Shown piece by piece: positions 50,347-63,514 of a DNA stretch of 64,000 bases; position 1 is the stretch's first letter; every line of letters begins with the position of its first letter. The notes beneath the pieces were generated by a model, which saw only the letters and a program-made list of their open reading frames with translations, had not been told where the DNA came from and searched no databases. This stretch comes from Ramazzottius varieornatus. Lineage: Eukaryota > Animalia > Tardigrada. The stretch spans positions 314,679 through 378,678 of the forward strand of contig BDGG01000003.1 in assembly GCA_001949185.1 (NCBI GenBank), read 5' to 3'. The position numbers were made by a program, and so were the translations under genes.

Positions 50347-53300
50347 TTGACGCCTGGACCTTCCTTAATTACGAGACGAACACGGAAGTACTTGGGGTCA
50401 ATGAGGGTAAACTGTCAAGGTAGGCGGATATACACAATTGCGTAAACCATTTGCCGAGCCTTCGCACAGTCCCCAAACACAGACCCCAAGCGGAGGCTGA
50501 TTGAACTAACCTGAGATTCGCAGCATAGTTTGGGTCAAGGAGCCCATATCTGGTCGGACGTATCGGTTTGAAGCGTCGCTGCTCCATCTACCCATGGACC
50601 TAATCTGTTCCATGGAGCATCCGGCTTTAGAAGCCGTTGAAGCCGCTCCTATCCGGAAACTATTAGAGGTACAGTCAGCGCCATGGGTCATCGTCAGGCC
50701 AGCTTATTTCCACCATTCTTGGTGTCAGTTTCGATCCTCCGGACGGATATGCAAAATTGTTTTTTCCCCTGACTCGCAAAACATCATTCTTCATGATGCA
50801 TATACATTAGAACCAAAGATTCAAGTAGCTTAGCTTTGGAGACCCAAAAACTGTCAGAATCGGTAATACCCATCTTCACCGTCATCGGAAATACAAAAAT
50901 CAATAACATAGTGACCACAAGTCTGCCCAACGTGAAATTTTTTCTGCATGTATTAGGATGTACGGAACGTGTTTTAAAGCGTTTGGAACAGTCGATTTCT
51001 TTCTCTCAAACTTTAGCAAAAAATCGTTAGAAATGTCTCCCCCGAGATCTGAACACCCTCTTGAAATTCGAAAACTTGTGATTTACCACCATCGGAATCA
51101 CGTGGGAGCCAGTGAAATAGCTCGCCGAGCATGTCTTCCAAGAAGTACAGTTCGAAGTATGATCGAAAAGTTCGAGAAGACTGGATCAGCGGAGGTGAAG
51201 CGGCGGCCGGGACCGATTCGGAAGACCACTGCTATTATTGATCGGACCATTGTGCGTAAAGCGCAGAAAGATCGACGTATTTCTGCAAGTAAGATTCAAA
51301 CAGAGATCAAGGCCGATCATTCCGTCGATATTTCAAAGGCGACAATCAGACGCCGGATCCATGAACGAGGTATGTTTGGAAGAGTAGCTCGAAAGAAACC
51401 CTTCGTGAGCTATGCCAGCAGAATGAAGCGTCTGAAATTCGTCATGCGGTACGGGAAAAAGCCACAAACTTTTTGGGATAACGTGCTGTGGTCGGATGAG
51501 ACCAAAATCAACTTGTTCGGGTCGGACGGAATGGTGAGTGTGGAGAAAGCCGGGTGAGGAATGTGCGCCAAGTTGCACGGTACCAACAGTAAAGCATGGC
51601 GGCGGTCGGCTGGCGTTTTGGGGATGTTTCAGCGTAAAAGGTGTGGGAAATTTGGCTGTAATCAATGGAAATATGAATGGGCCCATGTATCGAGACATAA
51701 TGGACAAGAACGTGCTGCAGTCGGCGAAAAAACTGAATTTGAAGAAGGGATGGCATTATCAGCACGACAACGATCCCAAACGTACTTCCTTCGTTGCCCG
51801 AGATTGGATAGTTGAAAAGAAGCTCAAAGTGTTGGAGTGGGCTCCCTATTCACCGGACCTCAACCCTATCGAGCATTTGTGGTCTGAAGTCAAGTGACAG
51901 CTGAAAGAAAGACATCCTTCGAACCTGGAAGAGCTGGAAGGAACCGTCAAGGAAATCTGGTATGGGGTGGATCCGGCAACATCCATTCCAAACCGACTTT
52001 AGAAGGTGAAAGAAAACCGGGGCTTTCCAACGAAGTATTGAGATACCGGCGCGTAACGAGAAAGTTTTTTGAAAATAATTTTTATCGGGAGGTAATAGAA
52101 GATTTCCTAGGTGGCTAATTTTCAGAGCTATTTGGAAAAATAATATTTTTCTCTCCCCCAGTTTAGCTTTCCTGCTTTGTCTTAACATTTCTAGATGGGA
52201 AATAGTTTGAACTAACTGTACGTAAAGTTTCAAGCGATTTGAAACTCCCGTCGTTGAGCTTTACCAGAAATAGCAGAAACAAGCGGGCCTGACGATGACC
52301 CATGGCACTGAGTGTAAAGCCATTCCCGAGAAAAATTTGTAGCTCGCGATTGACACGTTGGCGAGTCAAGTAGCATCCATCATGGGAAATGAATAATGGT
52401 GTATGTCTTGCTGAAGATCTGACCAGCATATAAGCGTGAAGGTCTTGTACGGGACAAGTATCCGTTTGAGTTTTTGTTAGATAAATTGCAGGAGGTGTGG
52501 TTTTGCGATGGGTTTTATCTCGCCGCAAACATATTTGGACCGAATCGCAGGATGTTTGTAAGTCGTTCAGGACAAGGTTTGATTTGTCAAGACTTGTCTC
52601 CTTCGAACTGGTATACTCGGACACACGTAACATGCCGTAGAAGGCCATGGTAAAAGCCGACCAAAGCATCAGTTGGTCGTGTCGAGGAATGAGAGATCCG
52701 AATAGGTCAGCTTTGAGCTGTCGTAAATGTTCTATTGTCAGAGGCTTTTTCTTGTATGTGTCGGGACGGGTTTGGCTGGTCAGACCTTTCAACATCATTG
52801 AGAGGTAATGGTCATTTCTACCAGGATCTTGGAAACCGTGCTCCAGTTGTTCTGAACGCACGCCGGCTACATAAACTGTCGCTGTTTTCCCGCTTAGCCC
52901 TTCGCTATCCAACCAGGAAACGAACCGTCTGATGGTTTGGCGATCCGTAGGGAGATAAGGGAGATGATGGCTCAAACAGAATGAGCGAAATCGCTCAAAT
53001 CCATTTCGGTAGCCTCTCCTGGTAGAGGGAGCCAATTGCTTACCGACGAGCTCTCGCGATCTTGCATCGAGTTCGAACAGTTTCCGGGTTCTAGCATGAT
53101 CTGCAAAAAATCTAGGATGTTGTCTACCATTATGGGCTCGGTATTGGCCTTGGGATGATTTTCGAAGAACCGCGCGTTGTCGAATCTAGACACAGCATCA
53201 GCCAATGTATTATCGACGCCGCTTATGTGCGTTATTCTTAGCGTGAAATTGTTGTTTGCCGCTTCAAAATAGATGCGGCGTATCACCGTCATGATGGCGA

Positions 53301-56300
53301 CATTCGATGACGTACATTTTGCCCAGATCTGGACCACCGACATAATGTCGGAATGAAATAAGATTCGCTTTGTCTGCCAGTTTGACCCCCGAACAGAACA
53401 CGAGATCAAAACTGGCAACAGTTCCAAAAAAGCAATGGATGGTTTGGCTTCAAGTAGCCAGCTTGGCCATCGTAACTGAAACCATTCTGCGCCGTAAACA
53501 CCACCGCGACCGATGCTACCTGATGCGTCGGTGAATAGATGCATACTTGGGGTCGCCACCCATTTTGTCAGAAGAAACTTGCACGAGCCATTCCATGTCG
53601 GAAGAAAATCTATCCACCACTGCAGATCTGCTCCGAAGCCATCGTTCAGTTTCAGTTTAGGATGGTCGAGTTGTTTAACCTTATGTGCAAGATTGAGCAT
53701 CCTTCGGAGGAAGATTCTGCCAGCCGGGATACATTTGGTTGCAGAGCCCAATTGTCCGCAAATGCTAAGAATTCCCCGTTTAGTAGCTTTCACTCTAGCT
53801 TTGTATACCGTGAACAAATCTTGAATTTCCTTAACTTTACTTTCCGGAATGCTGATAGTCTGAGTTTCAGTATCGAGTTGAATGCCAAGGAAGGTGAGTT
53901 TGGTCGTAGGGCCCTCGGTTTTTCTTCTGCTATGGGCACACCAAGGTGTGCACATAATGCTCCTAGAAAAGTCAACGTATAATGGCACGCAGGTGACGAA
54001 CTAGGTGCAGCCCATCAGAAATCATCGATGTAATGCAAAACGTCGAGCATTCCACCAGTAGTCTTAATTTTCCATTCGAGAATTTTGGAGAGATCATCGA
54101 ATAAACTAGGTGAAGATCGACACCCAAACGGCAGTACCGTATCGAAATAATATTTTCCATCGCACATGTAAACAAGCAGACGCCAATCCTCTTTCGCGAC
54201 TGGTATGAGTCTAAAGGCGCCCTTCAAATCCGTTTTTGCCATCAAACAGCCCTTTCCAAGTTTAAGACAAATATCAATGGCGTCGTCGACTGAACAGAAG
54301 TTAAGGGTATAATCTGTTTTCGAAATGTAATCGTTGACTGACTGTCTGAAGGGTCAGGACAAGTCCATAATAAGGCGAACTCCGCCTAGTTTTTTGGCGC
54401 GTACACCCATGGAGGAACAAATGAAGTGGGGAAAAGGCGGATGGTCCAAAGGACCAACGGTGTGCTTTGCAGCAACCTCTTTGGCTACATAATCGCGTAC
54501 GACCTCAGGGTGTTCTCGAGCAGTTCGAGCGTTAGGAGTAATTTGAGTAACATCAGGGCCAGTATAACCCAGGCGAAAACCATTGACGAAATAATCAGCA
54601 AATTCGGAGTCAGGATAATCCTTCAGGGCATGAGCAAACCGTTCTGGTATCAACGGGGTATATGCTTTATCAGGAATTTCAACAGAAGTAAAATGATGAG
54701 TGGTAACAGGAACGGGTGCTAGCGAAGTAGATGGAACACTAAGCGTAGCGATGGGTGAGCTTGGTATGCCCGGGTTTGAGGCATTGCGAACAGGGCATAG
54801 TTCTGATAACATGGTTCAGCGCAGCCACCGGGTTCGGTAAAACGACTGCAAGCCAGGACCACAGCTTTAGGTCGATTGCCATCAGAGTTAGAATTATAGC
54901 CATCAGATTTCATGTTAGAAAATCTATTAGAAGATCTATTCACACCTTCGTTCTTGCTGGGGCATATTGTTGCGATATGGCCCTTCTCGCTGCATATATA
55001 GCAGGTAGCGATGCGTATCCACTCAGAGTATGGACCTCGAGCAACGGAGCTGATAACTGTGGTAGTAGTAGCAGTTGGCCTGAAATTATTTTTAACGGCC
55101 TTAACGATATCACGGTCCTCGTGGTACCACCCGGTTACATCAGAATCCGGCAATGCCATCTTTTGACGGAAACGTTGGTCATATTCCAACCAAAAGCGCA
55201 CGTCAGGCTTTCGTGAAGCCAACCCCCGGATGATGCCACTATGGGCAAGGAAAGGTATAGCCATATCGGGGTAATAGTAGCTCCGATAGAGAGAGAAAGT
55301 CAAAAACGCATCTTGCCAGGAGGGCAAGTCAACGATCACCAAGTGTCCTGTACTAGGGTCACCGGGTTGTTTGCGCTTGGTGTTATCAGACACATATCTA
55401 TCAGTAACCAGATCCTGGAAAACCACGTAGGCTGCTTTTTGTCGAAGCAACTTGTCAACAGTAGGAGTGACTGGGGGGAAGTTGAAATGAGTAGAAGGAG
55501 GTGGCTTTTTTGAAACGACACTCTAGACAACTGGGGTAGGTGAGGAAGGTATTTGATTGCCGTACTGCTGTAGAGGCGAAGGAGCCCGGGAGACTGAGTA
55601 CGTTGGGGAGGAGCGTACCTGACGATGGAGTGACTCGTTTGTAGCTTCCAGCCGCTTGACATGACGAAGGATGGCGGCAATCTCTTCTGGTGTCGGGTAA
55701 GTGGCGTTGGTAGGCAACCACGATACCTTCCATTTCGGCCTGCTTGTTCGCCTTGTAATCGTCCACCGGAAGAATATCCCATGTGACCCATCAAGACGTC
55801 GTGTCCACCAGGTCCAACTTGGCCACCAACATACGCGCTCCCTTCGTATTCCATTCTTCTTTCCTGTCTTCCTGATCTATTCGACACGCGAAGTAATTCC
55901 GGACCAGTTCCCTGTCTTTCCAGTCTTCCAGATCCACTTTCCAGTCTTCTGGATCCATTCTCCAAGCGGCTTGGGCTTCCCTGTCGGTCTTCTCGTCCGG
56001 GTGCTGCGAACAGCTCCAAGGCCCGATCCACACTGACCGCGCGACGAACGTCTTTCAACGCCGAGCGAAGGCGTTTGGCGAGAGGCACCTCTGGTAACGT
56101 GGTTAGAACTTGACTATCATCAGGCCCAGCTGGGTATTTGGTACCGTAACGGTGTCGTCCACTAGGGCTATCGGAGGCATAGCCCCGTGTAGGCTCTGAG
56201 GTCGCGAGTTTGCCATCGAGAAGACCTAAAAGAACTGAGCAAAAGCTGATGTGCTCACCTCGTGAAACAGTGACTGACTCCAGCTGTGAATTTAGACTGT

Positions 56301-56484
56301 AAGCTACTCAAGATCCACATGGCAACCTAATCAAATTACTATTCTGTCATGAGGGAAATGCCGAAATGGCGTCAACGGTAGTGTATCACCTTTCGGCATT
56401 AACTCTCTTTTTCTTTTGTATTTTCCCTAACTGTAGTTTTCTGGGGCTTCAAATCACTGAGCATCAGTGCTCAGCAAGGCGTTA
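50347..56484 (-). mobile_element. Ngaro/DIRS-type tyrosine-recombinase retrotransposon (gag, RT-RNaseH, YR; degenerate)
   Basis: gag CYICSEKGHIATIC; RT KTDLKGAFR, LPFGCRSSP, HYIDDF; RNaseH LFTDAS, ELLPV, NTLADAVSR; YR AFYGMLRVSE, CPV, SFRIGAAS..GRWSSDA..RYVR; overlapping ORFs; no methyltransferase seen. Confidence 0.9.
50672..52314 (+). mobile_element. Tc1 (DD34E) transposon inserted in the YR gene; transposase from 51033 with a frameshift near 51540 and a stop at 51895
   Basis: TIR CA(G/C)TCAG(C/T)GCCATGGGTCATCGTCAGGCC; TA TSD; WSDETK, QHDNDPK, SPDLNPIEHLW. Confidence 0.92.
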
Positions 56485-56600
56485 CAGCCAGCTGGCTGGT
56501 ATGTATGTGTATTTGTATATGTACAGCTAGCTTGCTCGTATGTATATGTATGTGCGGAGCCACATTGCTGGTATGTATATGTATGTGTACAGCTAGCTCA
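56485..56600. repeat. About 33-bp minisatellite, right part
   Basis: Same unit and orientation as 50216-50346. Confidence 0.8.
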
Positions 56601-56859
56601 AAGATAACCTTTGGGCAACATCAGTCACATGCTAAACCTGAAATGCTTCATCAGGCGACTTCCGTTTGGTCATGTACCAGGGACAGCCTTGGCAGTAGTG
56701 GTGGTTTCCGGGCATGCAGTGTTGTTCCGATACGACAGCGGAACTAAATCAACTGATTCGAATCTGGTCGCCCATGTTAAGCCTATAGCTATAGCGAGTC
56801 ATGTCGAAATTGAGTTCTGCATTATGCATTAGAATACAATGTATCGGAACAACACTGCG

Positions 56860-57130
56860 GGCATGAACTGCGCTAAGTTTACCGACCGATTGCACCGGAG
56901 GTTCCTTTGACGTAATCGCGAGATTTCTTCGCGAATACTCAGCGCACCGAGCTTCAAGAAGTCTAAGGATTGACCGCTGAGCGTTGCAAAAACTAACTTT
57001 CGCTTCTACAGAAGCTGATCAACGATGGACTTCTTGATGATCCTAACGGGATATGGAACTTGGAGGAATCGGGATTAGGGTTCGCGGATATGCACGACAT
57101 GGTTTGCGCGAGAGAAACGTGAAGGAAGCG
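56860..57130 (+). pseudogene. pogo-like transposase remnant
   Basis: LLQKLINDGLLDDPNGIWNLEESG resembles the pogo P..IWNxDE(S/T)G motif; stops upstream. Confidence 0.45.
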
Positions 57131-57761
57131 GTCGGCTACGTCTAAAAGAATTGCTTGAGAAAGAATTTCTGCCATGGGCCAAATGACTACCACCTACAAA
57201 ATTACTCCGCTCTCGACCAAGTTTTCGCTCAACTTTGAAACCAGATTCCCATGAACTGGCTACCATCGTGCTATTCCTGAAAAAATTGTCTGCCGGAAAC
57301 ACGTTTACAAGAAGTCAAAATCTTCAATAAACTGGGTCAGGTCCATTGTCGAAATTGCAACCAACTTTCGCACGTTTTAGGGCTGTTTTTCAAATTTTTT
57401 TTCCCAGTTTTGAATTGTGTACCTGTGGTAGTTTTGTTGTAAACAATTAAAACAGCAACTCAGGTACAGAAAAACGGTTGAAAGTATGAGTCCAGCGTTC
57501 GAGACAAGAGCATTTTTTGCTCGGAAGAGGGTTCCCCGCCAAAATGGCCATATTTGAAGATTTTAATTCATACGCCAAGTTTGTTTGGCGTTTCTGCAAT
57601 GGTTTCTGGTTTTAGAAGATGAACTGCGCCGCTTTAGAAGCCATAAGCCATAAGCCGGAACCGGAACTCGACAAAGGAGTACAGCATGGTAACGATAACT
57701 TTTTGTTCGGGACGAAATACCTTGCCCACTGGAAGTCATACTGATGAACTTTTTCGAACGT

Positions 57762-58332
57762 TTTCTCAACCGATTTGGATGCAATGTATGCCAGTGGAAA
57801 CCCCTTGAAAAGTTGTATAAGGAGTATGAAGAATTGCACGAAAAAGACGTATTGTATTCCCTCGAAAGTTTCGCGCAATCCCCTGACATGCCCGTAAAAT
57901 ATTACATGGCGGGAATGGAAAATATGTATGCCTCCAATCAAACACACTCGCCAATCAATCGGCATACACAGTAACGCTTTATTTCTCCGTGAAAGATTCT
58001 TCCGCCCCGCTGGAACTACACTTGAAAGACGCTTCCAAGTCCTTCCGATGGCTCTGAGGACTTGGAAGAAACTTTCGAGTGCAGTCGTAGCTCGGTGGAA
58101 GAACCATTCACGGAGGAAGAAAGTGGCTGAGTGTGGTGATTGATTGGCTAGTATGCTTGACTGAAGGGTAGATATCTTCTGTCCCGGCCAGGTAATATTT
58201 ACGGGCACGTCACGTGATTACGCGAAACTTTCGAGGGAATACAGTCGTCTTTTTCGTGCAATCCTTCACACTCCTTATACAACTTTTCAAGGGGTTTCTA
58301 GTGGCATACATTGCATCCCAATCGGTTGAGAA
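57762..58332. repeat. Foldback element with about 140-bp inverted arms
   Basis: 57762-57905 is the near reverse complement of 58192-58332. Confidence 0.85.
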
Positions 58333-58399
58333 GTACTTCGGTTGAGGAAAAGTACAGTACGCTGAATTTCTCATTGGGCGCCGCTTTGTGTCAAGTGGT

Positions 58400-59070
58400 A
58401 AGCTTTTTTTTACGAACGATAGACCCCGGGACTTTCTGAACGGTGAGTTTCCTCTAGATCATCAATGTTCAGATTTACTTTGAGTGTTCAAACAGGTCGG
58501 AGGGCTATCGAATGGCTGTTCCAGAAAGTTGGGATCGACTCTTGGTCATCCCACAGTCGGGGAAGATCAGCTGATAAACCCTTTGATCGTCGTAATGTAC
58601 GACCTGTACGGAGTCGTACGCGTAAATCAGGCCCGAGTGCAGGCGCGCATCTGTTCCAGTCAGTCAAGGTGTATTTGAAATCAAAATGGAAACGCTACGT
58701 GATCAAACAACCTAGGACTGGAATATGCAAAGACAACGACGTTTCAACCGCGTTGGCAGTTGCTTCGGCCATTGATTGTCTGAGCAAGTAGTGTTGCTCA
58801 TTTTGATTTCAAATCCACCTTGATTGGCTGGAACAGATGCCAGCCTGTACTCAGGCCTGATTTACGCGTACGACTCCGTACAGGTCGTACATTACGACGA
58901 TCAAAGGGTTTATCAGCTGATCTTCCCCGACTGCGGGATGACCAAGAGTCAAGCCCAACTTTCTGGAACGGCCATTCGATAGCCGTCCGACCTGTTTGAA
59001 CACTCAACGCAAACCTGGACAGTGACGGTCTGCAGGAGACTCACCGTTATCGTTCGTGAAACAGAGCTTA
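58400..59070. repeat. Long foldback/MITE with about 250-bp inverted arms
   Basis: 58440-58688 is the near reverse complement of 58799-59048; the ORF track shows the same peptide on both strands. Confidence 0.88.
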
Positions 59071-59155
59071 GCAACCAGCTGACCCACGCCAGTTTTTCAC
59101 TGTGAGTCATTGAGGAACGGGTTTTTGGAGTTATCCTGTGCAGTTCGAGCGCTGA

Positions 59156-60477
59156 TCATTTGTGGAAGTCCCAAAGTCCTTTCGTCGTATCCGGTAGTCT
59201 GGGGGTCAGGTGGCCGCATAGGCTGTGCGGATCGAGTTTGAGGGGACCACCCAGCTGACGTGGCGGAAATGCCGTCCGTGCTCGCGTAGACGTCGAAGGA
59301 TAACCACGAAGAGCAAGACTATTCGAATACGATGGAGCTGCAGCGTACAGTTCGCTGAAGTCAGGTACAGGTTTCGCGTTCGAAGTTGACAAGGGTGCGC
59401 CCAAGTCAATCAGGTCCATAATATCACCACATTGAGGAATGGTTGGTTTTTGTTGCGGAGTAAGCCCATTCTCGACGAAGTTGTCCGGCTTAATATCAAT
59501 GACAGGTCGAACAGCGTTTCGTTGCGACGCCGAAGCAGACCTAAAAGACAGAACAAACAGACTGATGTAATTAGATGGAAATCCGCAGTGACGTAATGTA
59601 CGATACTACCTGGGCTGATCTTGCCGTCCTTCGTGTTCGGCACTTATCCTGCTGGCTGCCAACGCCATTTGCAACTGACGTTCCTCTTCCTCCAGACTAA
59701 TGGGTGCCAGCGAGGTAGGTGTACTTGCTGAAGAAGGCTGAGCTGCAGTCGGCAGCCTAGGTGGCGGAGATCGTTGAGGTCGCTGGAAACTAGGCGGACT
59801 CGCTGGTCGTGTGCGAGATGCACGAGCCTGCGCGTCTAAAAGCTCGACGTCGCGTTCGGAGCAGGACAAGGGTGCATTCTTGGTCGTGGTGGGTAGCGCA
59901 CCGTTGAAAAAATTACGGAACTGGGGATGTTGATAGGGGACACGCTCCATAATCCTCTTGGCTTTGGCGCGTTCAGCTTTCAAGGCAGGTGTGTCGGTCA
60001 GCAAGACTACAATCTTCCGAGCTCGTTCGCGAATACCTTGTCCTTTCTCCACTCCGTTATCCACATACCTGAACGAAGACCAACCCCTATCATTTAGCTT
60101 TCAAAGCCGAATTTGGGGAAGGGTAAACGAGTTTGTTGCAGCTGTACCTACTTGGCGTGCTGCAGGTCCATCAGCTGGCTCAGCTGAGTCATGCACGCCA
60201 TGACGACAGTTTCGGAGCCATTCTTCAGCAGATAATCGATGACCAACAGAGACTTGTACACTACTCGCCAATGGGTATCGGTAGTCCGTAAGAATAGATC
60301 GGCGACGATGACAGGGGATTTGGTATAGGACATTTCCGCGAGCTGCGCCATTTCCGAAGCCGCCGGTCCCCACTGTTCGTTTGTGGTCAACTCGCGTACT
60401 CGAATTTGGACGGGATCGGTGATCGTGTTGTCAAACATGTAACGGACATTTCGACAAGCCTTGTTTAGTGTATCCAT
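59156..60477 (-). CDS. Epsin-like ENTH protein with a UIM and clathrin-box-like motif. Exons approx 60477-60152, 60068-59610, 59540-59156
   Basis: VRELTTNEQWGP, HWRVVYKSLLVIDYLLKNGSE, GQGIRERA..ERAKAK; UIM EEEERQLQMALAAS; DLIDLG. Confidence 0.85.
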
Positions 60478-61373
60478 CAGCCGTGATCAAGAACAGGTAC
60501 GTCAAGGTTCGATATGGGCAATGTGCATTCCACACTCAAATTCGTAAGTACATTTTTCTGCCATATATACACTAGCTCAAAAAGTTTTACTGAAAGATAC
60601 TATAAAAATCTAAAACCATCTAGAAAACATTTCTATGGAATCAGAATTGAGAAAATTCCGCGTTCTTGACCAAGCTTGGGCTTTGTAATGCACGTACATT
60701 GTTGGATTGACAGTAAACTCAAATTGGTATAATGGCTCAGTTAATCCCGTTCGAAGTCGCTCTGATTTTATGGAGCATACAGTGTCTCGATGTATGTGAT
60801 GATTATTTTTTCTTTTGATCTCCGATTCGGTTAGCGCTGAGTTTCGCTTGCGTCTTTTAATCAACAGATCACTGGGCAACGCAGAATCAAGGCAAACAGA
60901 TCGAGTCGCAAATGAATATCTTCATATGAGAATGCGCCCAAAGAGTTTTGGCTCCGAATCGGTCTTTTATAACATCAAGTTACTAAGAAAAGTGAACTTT
61001 ACCACCGGTTCATTTTGTCGCAATATGTTGTAATACTAAAGTCAAAACGAGTGGCTGAAAGATTTCAGGATATCACTCCAAAAACATAGGGGTGTTGAGA
61101 GCTGGTTTTACCATGAGCAGCGCGCTCCACTTAGGGACGCGCACTAGCGAGCGCTCCCGGTGCGGGTCGTCTCTGCACGATCCGTATTTGATTAATTGAT
61201 TAAAATAACTGTGCACAGCGGACAGCCGATCCGCGTGCCGATTATGCAATACACGGAATTCGATTCTTGCACATTGTTCTTCCTAGCTTTCTAACCTGTA
61301 GTCAAAACTTGATTTTGATTTTGTTGCCACCGATACAGTGTGAGGCTATCACGTAATGCTCGCAGAGCTTACT

Positions 61374-61868
61374 AAGCCCTGTTTCATCTACCGATGGGTG
61401 GTACTTTTAGCCTCCTGGCCACCCCAGGTGCGGGTCGTCCCGGGTAGTGAGCACGCGGCAGACCGGCCAATCAACGGTCAGCTGTCAATCAGTCGAGAAT
61501 GAATGTGTAGTATCACACACGGTTAGCCCAGCGTGTCATTGATTACCTGATTATGTACTCATGGCGCAAATCTGTTCGACTGATGGACAGCTGACCGTTG
61601 ATTGGCCGGTCTGCCGCGTGCTCACTACCCGGGACGGATCCACGCGTACGACTGTGTGAAGGATCTTACATACTGAGGATCAGAGATCCTATCAGTTGAT
61701 CTTCTCCCGTAGCGGGATGATCAAAAGCTGATCTTAGCTTTCTAAAACGGTCAAGTTGACCCGCCTCGCGAACTAAGAACTATAGCCGTAAAAGAATCCA
61801 TAAAAATTGTTGGATGGGTTGGCCAAGAGGCTAAACGTACCACCCATCGGTAGATGAAACAGAGCTTA
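61374..61868. mobile_element. Composite MITE (Harbinger/Tourist-like ends) with a nested perfect inverted repeat of about 50 bp (61436-61486 / 61586-61636)
   Basis: TAAGCCCTGTTTCATCTACCGATGGGTGGTAC / GTACCACCCATCGGTAGATGAAACAGAGCTTA. Confidence 0.8.
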
Positions 61869-62378
61869 ATACAACGATGCATGCGATTTGATAACCCTCT
61901 GTTATCCTATGTCAAACCACTTCAGGTGGTCTAATGGCTAGCCGTTGGTCTTTCTAGGTTGAACACTAGGGTCGGCCATTTGTTTTGCTATGTTTGACCA
62001 CCGATACTCGCCATTGGCATTGATAGGTTGACCGCCCAATTGCAGCTGGTTTATTGGCCCGTCCTCTCTGTCTGTCGGTCAATGGGCGTGGTAACCGGTC
62101 TGGGCATTTTATTACGTCAGATGTGAATGAACCTTGGTTCCCGTCCTTTGATCTTTCCGCCATAGGCTCAGGCTTGCCATATTTTCCCCAATTTAAGGGC
62201 TATAGAATGACTGAACAGCTTTCTACGATGACTCAAGCGGTCTACGATTCATTCTAAAGCTCCGCTGGAAGGCCAGCCTTTTGGGCGGAGCTCTCGCAAA
62301 ACGCCCGCACAGGTTAACTACCCGGTAACTCTTTTCAAGAAAATACGCTGAAAACAAGTCTGATATGACGCTGGTGAA

Positions 62379-62941
62379 TTATGTGGACTTCTTCTTATCG
62401 GTTGACTGATCCTTGAAATAGTCGACTTTCTTGCCTGATTTGGCCTGTTGCTCCTGCAGCGAGGCTTCATCCTTGCCTTCCTCGAAAACGATACTGCCAC
62501 TTCGATGTGTTTCGTGCGCTAGTTCGATGGGATCCTTGGGTTCCGCGTGAGATAACTCTTCCATAACTTCCATCTCGTGCTGCTGAGCTGCGTGCTCTTG
62601 TACGAGTTCCGTTTTCTGGAGTAGGCAAACGTAAATTGCTCAATATGCTCATAGGAATGCGATTCGATCCAGCTTGAGCCTTAAGGACCATGTTAGCGAT
62701 GTTACGTTCAGAGTGAATAAAAAACTTAATAGATGCTCAATCTTACATGAGTGAAGTTTGGCACATCGATCTGGATCTTCGTGTTAACCGTTTTCTGGAT
62801 CTGTGATGTCGGCACACTGTTTCCAGAGGAATATAGCAATCCCGCGTGCACCGCGAAGTTTCGCTTTGGACGATATCCAGCAGCGCCAGACCGCATGGAC
62901 GTTACAGCACGTAGGATCGTTTGAGGTAGCATCATAGCCAT
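62379..62941 (-). CDS. Hypothetical 143-aa hydrophilic protein with a mitochondrial presequence-like N-terminus. Exons 62941-62747, 62615-62379
   Basis: A GTAAGA..TCCAG intron joins MAMMLPQTILRAVTSMRS..RPKRNFA in frame to KTELVQEHAAQQHEMEVMEE..KKKST*. Confidence 0.65.
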
Positions 62942-63514
62942 TTGAACTGCCAAAATAAGTCACTTAGACCGCGATACCGGCGTCATGTTGTCAAAACTTG
63001 AAACGGAACCAATTACAACTTCAGCATCTTCCTAAAAGGCACAACCAGCATGGATTCAAACAAGATGCGCTCTTCGCCGTTGCAGAAAACACGCTGACAA
63101 GCCGGAACAGCTGATTATAAGCTCTTGACAGGCAGCAACACTGCAACAGTGCAGTGCATTCGACAGATGGCGACAAGAGTAACTGTTCCGTCTGTTAGCA
63201 CGACTACGATTTTCACGTTTCGGTGGAATTCTTCGGCATTGTTTGTGGCATGAAACATAAAAGGGAAGTGCTGTAATCGTCTTACGTCAAACCAAATAAG
63301 ATAACCTATCGTTCTCGGTTGCCGGCGATATGACCAACAAGGAATCACTGGGACGATTCTCGTGCCTCTATAATCGTTCATTCATTTTGTCGAAAAGGGA
63401 ATCGTTTTTGCAGCAAGTAGAAAGTCGCCCAAAATTTGGCCATAATTTTAACTGGATTTAGAGTCACTACGAACATATTTATACGTAACGTTGGGAGATT
63501 TAGTTTCTGGAAAA

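Noticed and set aside
50216-56600. Minisatellite or intronic repeats as a CRISPR-like array
   Set aside because: Units are degenerate and lack unique spacers in an array; no cas genes; eukaryotic context
57612-58208. 198-aa minus-strand ORF
   Set aside because: Runs through foldback arms, has a non-ATG start and no recognisable motif
58465-59007. Mirror-image ORFs on both strands
   Set aside because: Artefact of the foldback repeat
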